DNA of 64,000 bases from NCBI GenBank assembly GCA_964016885.1, contig OZ024758.1, positions 7,564,001 through 7,628,000 on the forward strand. The letters are read 5' to 3'. The position numbers and the translations under genes are program-made. Below, piece by piece: positions 39,700 to 51,599 of the stretch (positions within the stretch are counted from its first letter, which is position 1; each line of letters opens with the position of its first letter). The DNA comes from Eledone cirrhosa (Eukaryota). The notes below the pieces were generated by a model, which was not told where the DNA came from, made no database searches, and saw only the letters and a program-made list of their open reading frames with translations.

Positions 39700-39879
39700 A
39701 AATATTAATAAAATAGATGTTCTTTTGATCAATTACATTTTATTATACATATTTCAGAGGTACAACAGTACATCCTCATCAGACATTATATTTTGTCTGA
39801 TGAGGACGTACTGCTGTACCTCTGAAATATGTATAATAAAATGTAATTGATCAAAAGAACATCTATTTTATTACTATTT
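39700..39879. mobile_element. 86-bp-arm palindrome carrying a hammerhead-like core on each strand
   Basis: Arms 39700-39785 / 39794-39879 with 3 mismatches. Reads CTGATGA-GGACGTACTGCTGTACCTCT-GAAA-TATG-TA. Follows (TA)n. Confidence 0.7.
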
Positions 39880-39880
39880 C

Positions 39881-40218
39881 ATCATCATCATCATCATCAT
39901 TTCATTTTACGTCCGCTTGCAAGGGTGAGACGGGAACTGATTCTGGCTTGATTTCTACAGCTGGATGCCCTTCCTAACACCAACCCCATTTTACAGCGAG
40001 TACTGGGTGCTTTTTTGCCATGGCACCTCCACGACCACTTTGCAGTGGAATGATAGGGACCCCAGTCCCTATCATCTCATTTCTACAGCTGAGTAAACTG
40101 GAGCAATGTGAAATAAAGTGTCTTGCTCAAGGAAACAACACATCACCCGGTCTGAGAATTGAACTCACAACCTTTCGATTGCAAGGCCAATGCTCTAACC
40201 ACTAAGCCATGTGCCTCC
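39881..40218 (-). mobile_element. Full-length SINE family B
   Basis: Reverse complement of 22545-22880 with a (CAT)n tail. Confidence 0.88.
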
Positions 40219-40325
40219 ATTTGTATTTTAATATTAATAAATCTGAAAAATACTTTTTCTGTAGAGTGCTTCCAATCTACTGTAAAACTCATTCTTTGAT
40301 GTTCTCATTGAATCTTGTTTAACTC

Positions 40326-40372
<47 letters not shown>

Positions 40373-41754
40373 CAATGTTTAAGATAAATATTACAAATGA
40401 AGTTAATTATTCTATATTAAATCCTTTAAATGTAACATTGAAGTAAAAGTATCAATAATCGGTAATTACTACCCTAAAGGCTACCTTTCATTAGTATGTT
40501 CATACTTTCCAGCATAGTGGTAGCTGATATAATGATGGAATCAACAGAGTAGGTTCTATGTAAGAAAAATATAAAAACCCATTCAATCACAAAGAAAAAC
40601 AAAATATAGACAAATGGAAATATAGGCCCGAGCATTATCCATTAATTGAACACTTTCCTTGAATACACACAACCATGTGAATAAGCAAATCAAACAGTAT
40701 AAATAATTGAGAAAACTAAAATGAATAATGTAAGTAAAGGATATATGTGTTTGTTGGAAGAGACAATAAAGCCATCTAACTGCTCTTGGCAAAATAAGCA
40801 AGTGAGAGGCATCAAGTACACTTTTTGTTTTCATACATAAAAGAGCTAAAGGAGGAAAAGCCTACAAAAATTTTTTTCTATGTTAATTCATTCAGTGTCC
40901 AGCAGCTGTGTGTACTTAATTTCTTCAGTTGTGAGGCACATATAACAGAGAAAGGTGACTCAAGAGGGGCTATTTTCATTACCAGCATCATCTGTCCAAC
41001 GAAACAAATGTTTTCAACTGCTCTTTAGCAAAACATTCTCAGGCTTGTCAAAGGAAAATGTTCACCATTTACTCTGTTAATCCATATACACTACTACAAA
41101 ACTGTTTTAAGGCACAATATTCACTTAACACAAAATATATACAATGCAAGTACAAGTAATAACAAAAAAAAAAAAAAAAAAATTTAGTAAAAAAAAAAAG
41201 AAATAATCACTCAACATTTTAAAAGAAACAAATCTGGTATTAGTTGTATAACAGACACCACCCTTGTATACAGTGAAAATTATAAAATGGTTTGTCTACA
41301 TTCTTGCAATATATTTTTTTTGTATCACATATATAAATAAGTAATTTCTTTTCCAGCAGATGTTCATAATTTTGAGCTTTACATACCTAACAAGGGAAAC
41401 TATAAATTAAATACAAACGACAAAACAGCTTGGAGTCCTTATCATTAAATGTAGATAGTTGATATAGTACATATTCTGTTTATATATGCTCCATAGTAAA
41501 ATCAGAGTATGTTATGTCCACAATTTGCAGCACCTAAAGTAAGCTAATTTTCTAGATTAATCTTATATCAATGAGATATCCTAGTCTACCACAGGGTCCT
41601 CTTTGGCCTATGTTGTCTCAGTTTGTCCACTACTTTAGAGGGGCTACTGACTGTGTTCCATTGTGGCACCACAACTAGAGAGGATGTGGACAAACCAAGA
41701 CAACATAGAGAAGAGATGACCATTTAACACTGTCAAAGACTTGACAACCTCTCT

Positions 41755-41955
41755 TGTATTGATGCCCCAATAAAATGCACCTAGTACACTCTGTAAAGTG
41801 GTAGTATTGGTGCCCCAATAAAATGCACCTAGTACACTCTGTAAAGTGGTAGTATTGGTGTCACAATAAAATGAACCTAGTACATTCTGTAAAGTGGTAG
41901 TGCTGGTGCCCCAATAAAATGCATCTAGTGCACTCTGTAAAGTGGATGGCATTAG
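41755..41955 (+). repeat. 48-bp minisatellite (4 copies) from the same SINE segment
   Basis: Unit GCCCCAATAAAATGCACCTAGTACACTCTGTAAAGTGGTAGTATTGGT. Confidence 0.85.
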
Positions 41956-42119
41956 ATCAGTTTGGCTTCAACTGACCGTGACTAGATAAAAGATGTTAGA
42001 GTTGACAATTGTTCCAAATTAACAATTTCTAACGAAATACACTACCTATGGTTTTCAAATAATTAAGAAAATAATCAACAATGGGGGGGGGGGCATTATT
42101 AAGCTAACACCTAGAACAA

Positions 42120-42520
42120 TGAATTGACAGAATTGGTAGAGCACGAGACAAAATACTTTTCAGCATTAAGTTATGGCCCTTTATGTTCTGAGTTCAAATC
42201 CTGCCAAGGTATACTTTGCCTTTCATCGTTCCATGGTCAATAAAATAAAACACCAGTCACATACTGGGGTCAATATAATCAACTTTCACTTTCTCACAAA
42301 TTGTTGGCCTTGTGCCTAAATTAGAAATTATTGTGGATTGGCAGTATCGGTAGAGGGTCGGACGCCATGCTTTGACGCATAGAGTTACGGCCCTTGCCAT
42401 TCTGAGTTCAAATCCCGCCGAGGTTAACTTTGCCTTTCATCCTTACGGGGTCGATAAAATGAAGTACCAGTAATACACTGGGATAATTGCTGGCCTTGTG
42501 CCAAAAGTAGAAACAATTAT
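42120..42520 (+). mobile_element. Two tandem SINE-A copies (old 42120-42332, young 42333-42520)
   Basis: A box, B box and core. Confidence 0.82.
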
Positions 42521-43513
42521 TTAACTGGTGTTTGGAACACAACTTCAAGGTTCTTAAAGAGAATTTTGAAGAAAGCCTTTTATTTTTTTTTAGTTTTAGA
42601 TAAATATAAACATTTTAAAACAAACAGTTACATGGAACCAGAACCAGTTTCAGGCAGTTTGGTATGAAATGGGTTCAACATAATAGAATGACTCAGAAGA
42701 ATCTTATTTTAAATACATATGGATTTCTGTTATAATAGTCTTTGTGTTAATTGTCAAACCTGAAATTTTAACTGTTCAAAGTGTGAAATTAAGATTTGTA
42801 TCTAAATATTTATTACTGAGATGAACTGTGATTTTCTTCAAAAAGCACCATAAAATATAATTACATATTTTACTCCAGCCAGTGGGTGACATACATAAAA
42901 GAAATCTTAGAAGTCTTTTCAATTTAATAGCCTCTCCCTGCTCTCACTGCTTCAATTAATTGATTTTTTTTCCTCATTTATTAATACCTACAATTCTGTT
43001 GCAGCCGAAACTTACATATACATTAGCATCATTCATGAAATTATGGATGATTAAACTGCAAATAACCAATCTTTTTCTCCAATATAATTAATTGCAGAAA
43101 TTATATTATCTCACACAGTTTTTTTTTTTCTTTTAAATATCAATAGTTATAAAGCTAATGTTTAAGTGAATCTCAATAAAATGCTCTGGCTCCAGACACT
43201 GGTAAATATGAATTTCTATTTAGTCTTATCTTTACATCGCTTTCATCATTCAACTAGATTGTTTTTAGTTTTGTTCTTTTTGTTGTTGTTGTTGTTTTTA
43301 TCCAGTGAATAAAATGAAGCTATTTCATTAGATGAAGAAAATGTAAGGTTAGCTAGACATAGCATCTTCATATTCATGATGTTATAGAAATGCCTGATAT
43401 GAGAGAATATACTCTTTTACTGATTCTAGAAATAAAGCAATTTCAAATTAAGTAAAACTTGAATGAGCTTTTAAATTTCATAGCAAAAAACAAAAAAAAA
43501 TATTACAACTGGT

Positions 43514-43968
43514 GTTGCTGGCCATTCTCCAGCCGCTTCCTCTTTGCACCGGTCAAGACCTCAGGTGTACTCAGACCCCGTACAGCTCAGCTCCTCTGTA
43601 AAATCAGAATGAGGAAGGAGCCCAATGAGGTGGAGTGGCTGTTGCAGCAGGTTTCACTGGCCATTGTCTGTAGAAATACCTTTGCAATTTTGTCCGCAGG
43701 GTGCAGCCTTAACACTGTTCTGAACTTAGGGTAGAGTCTGTCACCCTCTCTCCTCCCTCTTTCTTTCTTCTGTTGTCTAATAGTTCTTGCTCTTTCCCTC
43801 CTTTCTCCCCTCATTTATAGTCCTTTCCTTTACTTTCCTATACAGCCAGATCTGCCCTTCTTTACCCCTTCCCCTTTTTTCATTTCTTAATTTTGTTTTT
43901 ATCCTTTTTAAATATTTTCATCATTGTATAACTTTTGTTCAATAAATTCTTGATTATTAAAAAAATTA
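43514..43968 (+). mobile_element. 5'-truncated restriction-like-endonuclease (CRE-type) non-LTR retrotransposon with TSD
   Basis: RFLFAPVKTSGVLRPRTAQLL...EVEWLLQQVSLAIVCRNTFAIL resembles the F.P.A.ET.G...L.QRLS.AIQRGNA.AIL RLE C-terminus. Pyrimidine-rich 3' UTR, AATAAA and A-rich tail. Direct repeat AAAAATATTA(C/T)AACTGGT at 43496-43513 and 43969-43986. Confidence 0.72.
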
Positions 43969-44328
43969 AAAAATATTATAACTGGTTAATGTGAAGAAAA
44001 AAGAAAAATCCTTCACTCTACACCCATTTCTTTCAGCATCCCTTTTATGTTATATTCTCTTTCAGACACTATTAAATATTATCCGTAATATTCCCCTTCT
44101 ATAACAGCATTCTTCTAAAGCTCCCTCTTTCTCATAAACCCCTTAACAGTTCAAACAAACCATTAACTATTCCAGTTATTTTAATCCTTGTATAGAGACA
44201 AGGAAGGCTTGAAAAAAAGCTATGGGCATTGCTTCAGCTCCTCCAATTAAATATTAAAAAGAATAAATCCCAAGTTAATATTATGTTAGAGGAGAGAGTA
44301 CATCTAATAAGGGTTCTATAGTAATTAT

Positions 44329-44702
44329 AATTGTTTCTACTATTGGCACAAGGCCAGCAATTACCCAGTACATTACTGGTACTTTATTTCATCGACCCCG
44401 TAAGGATGAAAGGCAAAGTTAACCTCGAATGTTGGCTTAAAGGAACCTAACTGTTGGATAGCAATTATTTCAGGACTGTTGTTGCTAGGTGTGAAATTGT
44501 GAGAGTAAATAATTGTTTCTACTTTTGGCACAAGGCCAGCAATTACCCCAGTGCATTACTGGTACTTTATTTTATCGACCCCGTAAGGATGAAAGGCAAA
44601 GTTAACCTCGGCGTGATTTGAACTTAGATCATAAAGGGCCGTAACTCTATGCTGCAAAGCATGGCGTCCCACCTTCTACTGATACTGCCAATCCACTGCC
44701 CT
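44329..44702 (-). mobile_element. SINE-A partial (44329-44428) and full (44509-44702) copies
   Basis: Reverse-complement core. Confidence 0.82.
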
Positions 44703-45652
44703 TGAATAATATTGCAATAATAATAATTAACATTTAGATTAGGCCTAACTTATCATCATCATCATTGTTGTTTTAATGTCTGCTTTCCCTGCTAACAAGT
44801 CAATACTAAAGTGAGGCTACTGATCTCCCAGACAGGCCAAGAGTTTGTCTCACTTATGTACAGTCTCATGTTCTACCTCAATCTAGTAAAAACCCAGAGA
44901 ATTCAGAAATGAGAAAAATGCAAAGAAAGTAAAACAGTAAATAATAATGTTTTTTAGCAATTGCTTTCATCTAATTTATTTTTACATTAAAAAGATAAAA
45001 AGAAATAACAACTGTCAGTATAGCATATTTCTTACTTTACAATTCAGTATATTTTCTTATTTCATTCTGTTTTGTACTGCATTTATATATTGAACATAAG
45101 AAGGGGGTCTCTACATAATCTCTCGTCCTAATAGAAATAGCAGTTAAATATTTCTCAAATTACACCCTACTGTCTTAAGTAAAGAAAGGACACTTTAGAT
45201 TAGTCATACAATCAAAACAAAAAAAGCCCTATGGGATGATCAGAGTTGAAACGATCATAGGTTTGTCTCAAGCAGTGTTGACCTGGGGCTGAACAACCAA
45301 ATAGAACATAAGCCAAGAACAACCACAGTTAAACCTACTGATATTTAAGTAGTGAAATGAAGTAAAAGAGGATGTTATAGTAAGCTGCAGAGACAACCCA
45401 GCAGTGGTTGAGGCAATAGAGTTGAATTCAAGTACTAAAACATTACGGGTAGCTTCAGTTGGAATGAAGCAATATTGCTGAAATGCTAGGATATTGCTTA
45501 AGTAAATATAAAACGCAAGGTTATAAGGTCTTTTTATGAGCTGTAGAGCATTCAAACAACATCTCTCTTTATTCCAATAAGTTCTTTTACTAACTTAGCT
45601 TCATTTGAATAGGCCACCTAAAGACTTTTCTGTGGATATAAATTATGAGAAT

Positions 45653-46154
45653 AAATCAAAAGCATGTCATGAAGAGTGGCTTTAGATTCGGCTACACAGC
45701 TTCCTGTTCACCATTCATACTTGTTGCCTATTTAAATTATATCCTATATGTTGTATCAAGAAAATTATATATATACTGACTATAGGTCAATAACAGCAAA
45801 TCAATAAAACAACAACATGATTCTTACTACATGTCATATCTGTGAATCAAATATCTTTCTTAAAAACTATGGACTGTATTCAGCATCCAAACTTGATTTC
45901 TGATTCAAATAAAACCATGTAAACACATTTTTTTTTCTCAAAGTTTTAAAAGAGAATGAGGGTCAGCTGAAAAGTCCATAGGCTGACCAAGATACTCTCA
46001 TGGAATGACCAAATGAGGTTTATTTTTCAACATAGTCCCTGGAGAAAGAAACATTGCAATAATTAATAAGAAGAGTTGAAATTAATGCATGGAAGATTTC
46101 ACAGCCCTAGCATCACTCCTTCATAGCCTATAAACTTTTCAGCTGACTCTTGTA
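45653..46154 (-). repeat. MITE M1 plus unique flank; inverted duplicate of 435-1026
   Basis: 45653-45779 matches 900-1026 and 45840-45956 matches 621-736 as reverse complements with only a few substitutions. Confidence 0.92.
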
Positions 46155-46906
46155 ATTTGTAAAATTTTAGAAAGAAAATTCTATTTACTGATAATGTCCA
46201 TCTATATATTACTAAAACTCTGTGATTGTTTGCTTGCTTGTCTGTAATGTAACACAGCCAAAAGGGTACATAATGGGAAAATACTTTGAAAGGAAGTTGA
46301 CCCTGAAATGGGAATACAAATGGAATAAAACAAGTTTCGCGTAAATCGGTGCACGGGTTTCTGAGATATGGGTTTTTCCTGGTACCTTCATTAATAGAGA
46401 GAGAGAGAGAGAGAGAGAGAAGGATAGAGAGAAAGAGATAGTGGTTGTGAGAGAGTAGACTAAAAGAGAGACATAGAGAGAGGGAGAGGAGACAGAGAAG
46501 GAGAATGGAAGAGAGAAAGAGAGAGCTGGTGGTGGTGTTGTGTATATATATATGTGTGTGAGTGTGTGTATATATATATATATACACACACACATATATA
46601 TATACACACACACTCACACACATATATATACACAACACCACCAGCTTTCTCTCTCTTCTATTCTCCTTTTCAGTCTCCTCTCCCTCTCTCTATTCTCTAT
46701 CTCTATATATTAATATATATATATGTGTGTGTGGGAGTGTGTATATATATATATATATATATGTGAGTGTGTGTATATATACATATAAGTGAGTGTGATG
46801 AGTGTGAGTGTGTGTGTATATATATATGTGTGAGTGTGTGTATATATACATATAAGTGAGTGTGAGTGTGTGTGTCTATGACCAGTGTATATAGATCACA
46901 GACACC

Positions 46907-46950
<44 letters not shown>

Positions 46951-47635
46951 AGTGTGTGTATATATACATATAAGTGAGTGACAGACACCCACATATATAT
47001 ATATTAAAACTATCAAGGGCAAACATTTGTTTCATTATTTTCTAATCTAGTTCATATTGTAGACAACATTGTAGTGTTGACATTGTATATAATTGGTATT
47101 CCATATTGTAACACTGTTTCTTCAAAAGGTCATTGCCAGAAAGGGTGTAGAGAGGAGTCGTCTATTGTTTTGTTATAAAACCTCTCAAGTATCAAAGTTT
47201 AACTGAAGAATATAATATTTCTGTTTCAGATTCAATGCAGTGTGATAAAAATGTCAATGTATAGAAAATATTACTATAAACGCTGCACATTATAATCTGC
47301 ACTTGCTGCATAGTAACACTCCCTACACAAAATATAATTACCTAGTAATTTCTCTAAATAATTAAGCTAATAATTAGTAAGCTTTTATCTACAAGGATGG
47401 ACTGACAAGTTGATAGTCTGTGAAATATTGCAACTGCTCTTATTAAAAAAAAAACAAAAAAACATTGTTTCTTTCCAAGGACTATGTCGAAAAATGAACC
47501 TCATTTGGTCATTCCATGAGAATATCTTGGTCAGCCTATGAACTTTTCAGCTGACCCTTGTATGCGTATTTGTGTATATATTAATATTTATATACATATG
47601 TATAATGATGATGATGATGATGATACGTACGTATG

Positions 47636-47667
<32 letters not shown>

Positions 47668-47671
<4 letters not shown>

Positions 47672-48897
47672 TTTGTAGGAAAGAAAACAAGGCGGCGGTC
47701 CCTTCTGGGAAATGGTCGTGCTCGGTGTGTAGGAAAGGCGTAGGTAGAAACTCCATTTTATGTCCTAAATGCAAAGTATGGGTGCATAAAAGATGTAGTG
47801 GGATCACAGGTAAGCTAACTAAGAACATAGATTTTACATGTGGCCGGTGTTCTGGTGCAATAAGTAGCAGCAAGTGCCCAAAAAATACTAGCTCTTTCAA
47901 TTGCGCAGAGGGTTCTATAGAAATAGTGGACAGCTTCCGTTACCTGGGCGATAAAATCAGCAGTGGGGGAGGGTGCTCTGAAAGTACTGTAGCTAGAGTC
48001 AGAACTGGTTGGAAAAAGTTCAGAGAGCTTATACCACTATTAGCTGCTAAAGGGTTCTCCCTAAAAATGAAAGGCAGGTTGTACGATGCCTGCATACGAA
48101 CAGCAATGCTGCATGGCAGTGAGACCTGGGCATTGTGTGCAGAGGATATACGCAGACTAGAGAGGAACAAAGCTTGCATGCTCCGCTGGATGTGTAACAG
48201 TAATATACGTGAACGGCAAAGCATAAACGAACTAAGGAAAAAATTAGAGATAAGAGGGATCAGATGTTGTTTACTCGAGAGAAGGCTACGTTGGTATGGA
48301 CACGTGATGCGCATGAAAGTCGATAGCTGTATAACAAAGTGCAGGGCAATAAAGATAGACGGTAGTCACGGAATAGGCAGACCTAGAAAAACCTGGGACG
48401 AGCTGATAAACTCCGACATCACACACTTACACCTCTCCAAGACAATGTCACTGGACCGAGACCTTTGGCGGTACTCAGTAACAGAGAAGACCCGCCTTAC
48501 CTAAATATATAGTAAAACCTACTCCAGCCAGTAGGCATCTCTAACAAAATACCCCCCCGCCCCACCCCCCCACCCCATCCACACCACCCCGTTCTATGTA
48601 AAGTTATGTTGGTGCCGCGCCATCGAGGCCGAAACAAATGAGATCGTGTAGGTGTCACGACAAAAAAACACACAGTCCACGCTGTAATGTGGCCGTGTAG
48701 GCAACACGGTAAAAACCTCCCAGACCCACACTGTAAATGTGGTTGGTGTTAGGAAGGGCATCCAACTGTAGAAAACCTGCCAGACAGTCCTATGCGAGCA
48801 AGACAATCACTCTTGCCTCAAGTGGGACTACCCCTGTCCAAACCCATGCAAGCGTGGAACACGGACGTTAAACGTTGATGATGATGATGATGATGAT
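47668..48897 (+). mobile_element. 5'-truncated RTE-clade LINE with an intact C-terminal ORF (to 48504), PHD-type zinc finger, 3' UTR and (ATG)n tail
   Basis: CSVC-x9-CPKC-x4-H-x2-C-x13-CGRC, then VDSFRYLGD, LYDACIRTAMLHGSETW, RRLRWYGHVMR and GRPRKTW. Flanked by (TA)n. Confidence 0.93.
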
Positions 48898-49044
48898 ATA
48901 TATATATTAGAAAGTGAGGTTTTTTTTACAAAATGAAAAATAACCGAGGTGTCCTACACGAGTGAAAGTATAAAGAAAAAGAGATGAAATCGAAAATGCA
49001 ACTGGAGTCTTATTTTTAAAAAAAATATATATATTTATTTGGTT

Positions 49045-49082
49045 CCTTTACCGGTTTCACAGTTCTTCTGCTTTTCAAAAGG
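49045..49082 (-). ncRNA. Candidate minimal type-I hammerhead ribozyme with a U3-A8 core variant (within element X, ~48905-49118)
   Basis: CCUU-UUGAAAA-GCAG(AAGAA)CUGU-GAAA-CCGG-UA^AAGG: 4-bp stem I, 4-bp stem II, palindromic stem III ACCGGU. Confidence 0.62.
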
Positions 49083-49220
49083 TGAGTTGAGATGGAGGGT
49101 CTGTGGTTTTTCTCACATCTGTATGTATATATGTATATGTATATATATATATGTATATGTATGTGTATATATATATATATATATTACTCTTTTACCTGTT
49201 TCAGCCATCTGTATATATAA

Positions 49221-49397
49221 ACGTCCAGCTCGTTCATCAGATGAACGAGCTGGACCTTTCTGTAAGGATCGTCTAGTCTCCTGAAACCTTTGGTAATGGA
49301 ATAATTATATTGTGTTGTTTATTATGTAATTAAATAGCTCTGTACTTTACATAGAGCACTCTTCTTTCCTTTACCTTTTCTTCGGAAATACGTAACA
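49221..49397 (+). mobile_element. Hammerhead-bearing element Y with a 16-bp-arm terminal hairpin (49223-49255)
   Basis: CAGATGA-ACGAGCTGGAC...GTCTAGTCTCCT-GAAA-CCTTTGG-TA, homologous to 16745-16910 and 23214-23375. Confidence 0.6.
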
Positions 49398-49780
49398 CAC
49401 ATATATATATATATGTGTGTATATATATATATATATATACAAGGTTAGGCTGAAAAGTTTATATGGTGACTATAAGTGAATGATGCTAGAGCTGTGAAAT
49501 CTTGCATGCATTCATTTCAACTCTTTTTTATTTTTTATTAACAACTGCATTGTTTCTTTCCAGGGACTATGTTGAAAAATAAACCTCATTTGGTCATTCC
49601 ATTAGAGTATCTTGGTCATTCCATTAGAGTATCTTGGTCAGCCTATGAACTTTTCAGTTACAAGCTTCTAAAACTTCTTGAATCTTCCTTAACTGTTTAA
49701 CTTAATTGTTCCTACTCCAGTTTGCTTACCATTATCTTTCATTTTTGAGACTTCAAATCTTCAATCAAATTTTAGTTCCC

Positions 49781-50227
49781 TTAACCCTATGACTGCATTT
49801 CTAATGAAATACACTCTATTTTAATTAATTAATGAAGAATTTTGAGGGATTTACGAAAATTATTAATTATCTCATTACTAAGATAATAACTTAACGTAAG
49901 GTTCTTATATAAAATTGTTGGAAGATGCTAATTTAAATTGGAAATCTTTAATCCTTTAGCATTTAAACCGGCCATATCTGTCTAGAATTCTCTCACCTCC
50001 TTCTGTTTAAACCAGCCATAACTGACTGCTCATACTGAGGTTAAGGTATTGTTCTTAAAATAAATAATATCAAAACCTCATAGATTCGATATTATGTGAG
50101 ATAAAGCCTTTATTGTAAAAATACAATAGTATATATAGAGTAATGTAAATGCTAAAGGGTTAAAATGAGTGGTTTTATTTCATAGAAACAGAATTGGTAA
50201 TGGCTAGGTTGGTAACTAAAGGGTTAA
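49781..50227. mobile_element. MITE P2 interrupted at a TTAA by MITE P1 (49948-50163)
   Basis: GGAAATCT-TTAA-[TCCTTTAGCATTTA...TAAATGCTAAAGGG]-TTAA-AATGAGTG versus the empty site GGAAACCT-TTAA-AATGTGTG at ~20101-20120. Confidence 0.78.
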
Positions 50228-50660
50228 ATCTCTATCTTTAAAGCAACAAATATTTTATTTACTGCAGCTTCATGTTAACCCAGTACTAATAAATAAACTA
50301 ATCTGTGATTTGATGTCTATTCAACTATAAAATCATGAGCATGTGTCTATAACTTACTTCAGCTTCATTAGATTTACTTAATTTAGTTCTCTAGACCATA
50401 TACTTATATCTTTAAGTCTATATAGCTATTTCAGACAGCCACTTAATATATCACTGTATTTTTGTTTTGTTTTTAATCACCAAGCTTATAACAAAACACA
50501 CAAATCCTTTCTCTTTTCTATCTATTCCTGTATATCTTCTTTCCCTCCAACCATATCTCCTTGGTCATCTCTTTTCGAGTCATAGAGAGAGGGAATTTGT
50601 GGAACAGAAATCACTTTAGCTTCCACCTCAGTAAAACACAGCTTCATTATTTATACAATG

Positions 50661-50799
50661 AAAAGTAAAGTTAACCTCAACGAGATTTGAACCCTTTTAT
50701 GATCTGAGTTCAAATCTCGTCGAGGTTAACTTTGCCTTTCATCCTTACGGGGGTCGATAAAATAAAGTACCAGTAATACACTGGCCTTGTTTAAAAAGT
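50661..50799 (+). mobile_element. Truncated SINE-A with an inverted 5' segment and a 23-bp TSD
   Basis: ACAGCTTCATTATTTATACAATG at 50638-50660 and 50800-50822. Confidence 0.8.
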
Positions 50800-51418
50800 A
50801 CAGCTTCATTATTTATACAATGTAGCTTGATAATGATGCCAGTTATTAGAGTCAATACCATTATCTTTATTTCTTAACCTATTCCAGCAATTTCAAGGTA
50901 TCCTGTTTCCATTGACAGCCTTCTCTACATTCACATTCCAGAGCCATTCTGCTTGTAGAAATTATTTGATTATCTCAATTTCTCAACATAGGGGTCTTAG
51001 ATTTCCTCTATGTCTACATAAACTAAAGCGGCTAGATTGTATTTGATAAAGACAGACAATAAAAGGCAAGGGTCATCATCTGCCAGAGACAAACAAGATG
51101 GAATGGTAATGCTTACAATTGTTTGGACAACAATGATCAAGCTGCTGCTAGTCATATATTAAAAGTTGTACATTGTTCACAATATAATGCATTCTTTTGT
51201 ACATTTATGTGCATGTGTACATCTGATCTACAAGTATCGCACTTTTATGTATATCTACAAGTAGCGGAGAGATATGTGCAGTCATGAGTGAGTCTAGAGA
51301 TAGGGGGGAGGGGGGGGGGGGTAAAAAGAAAGATAGAAGAAAAAAAAATGAAGTGTGACAAAGTGTGTGTGTGTATGAGAGAGAGGGGGAGAGGGAGAAA
51401 GAGAGAGTGTGAACAAGT

Positions 51419-51449
<31 letters not shown>

Positions 51450-51599
51450 GAAAGAGGGAAGAGAGAGAGAGAGAGAGAGAGAGAACAAGTGAGAAACTAT
51501 TTTGATAAAAGATAAATTAAAAAGCAACAAAAGGACAAGCCAGTAAAAAGAAATGGAATCTTCAAGTATATATTATAATTAAAATGATTTGACACTTAC

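Noticed and set aside
46198-46397. Possible Helitron/Helentron-like fragment (TCTATATATTACTAAAAC...AAATCGGTGCACGGGTTTCTGAGAT)
   Set aside because: Single copy in the window with no clear terminal hairpin, so it cannot be classified without a search.
47572-48504. 310-aa ORF as a host PHD-finger gene
   Set aside because: The N-terminus is microsatellite and the remainder is an RTE ORF C-terminus with a LINE 3' UTR and tail.
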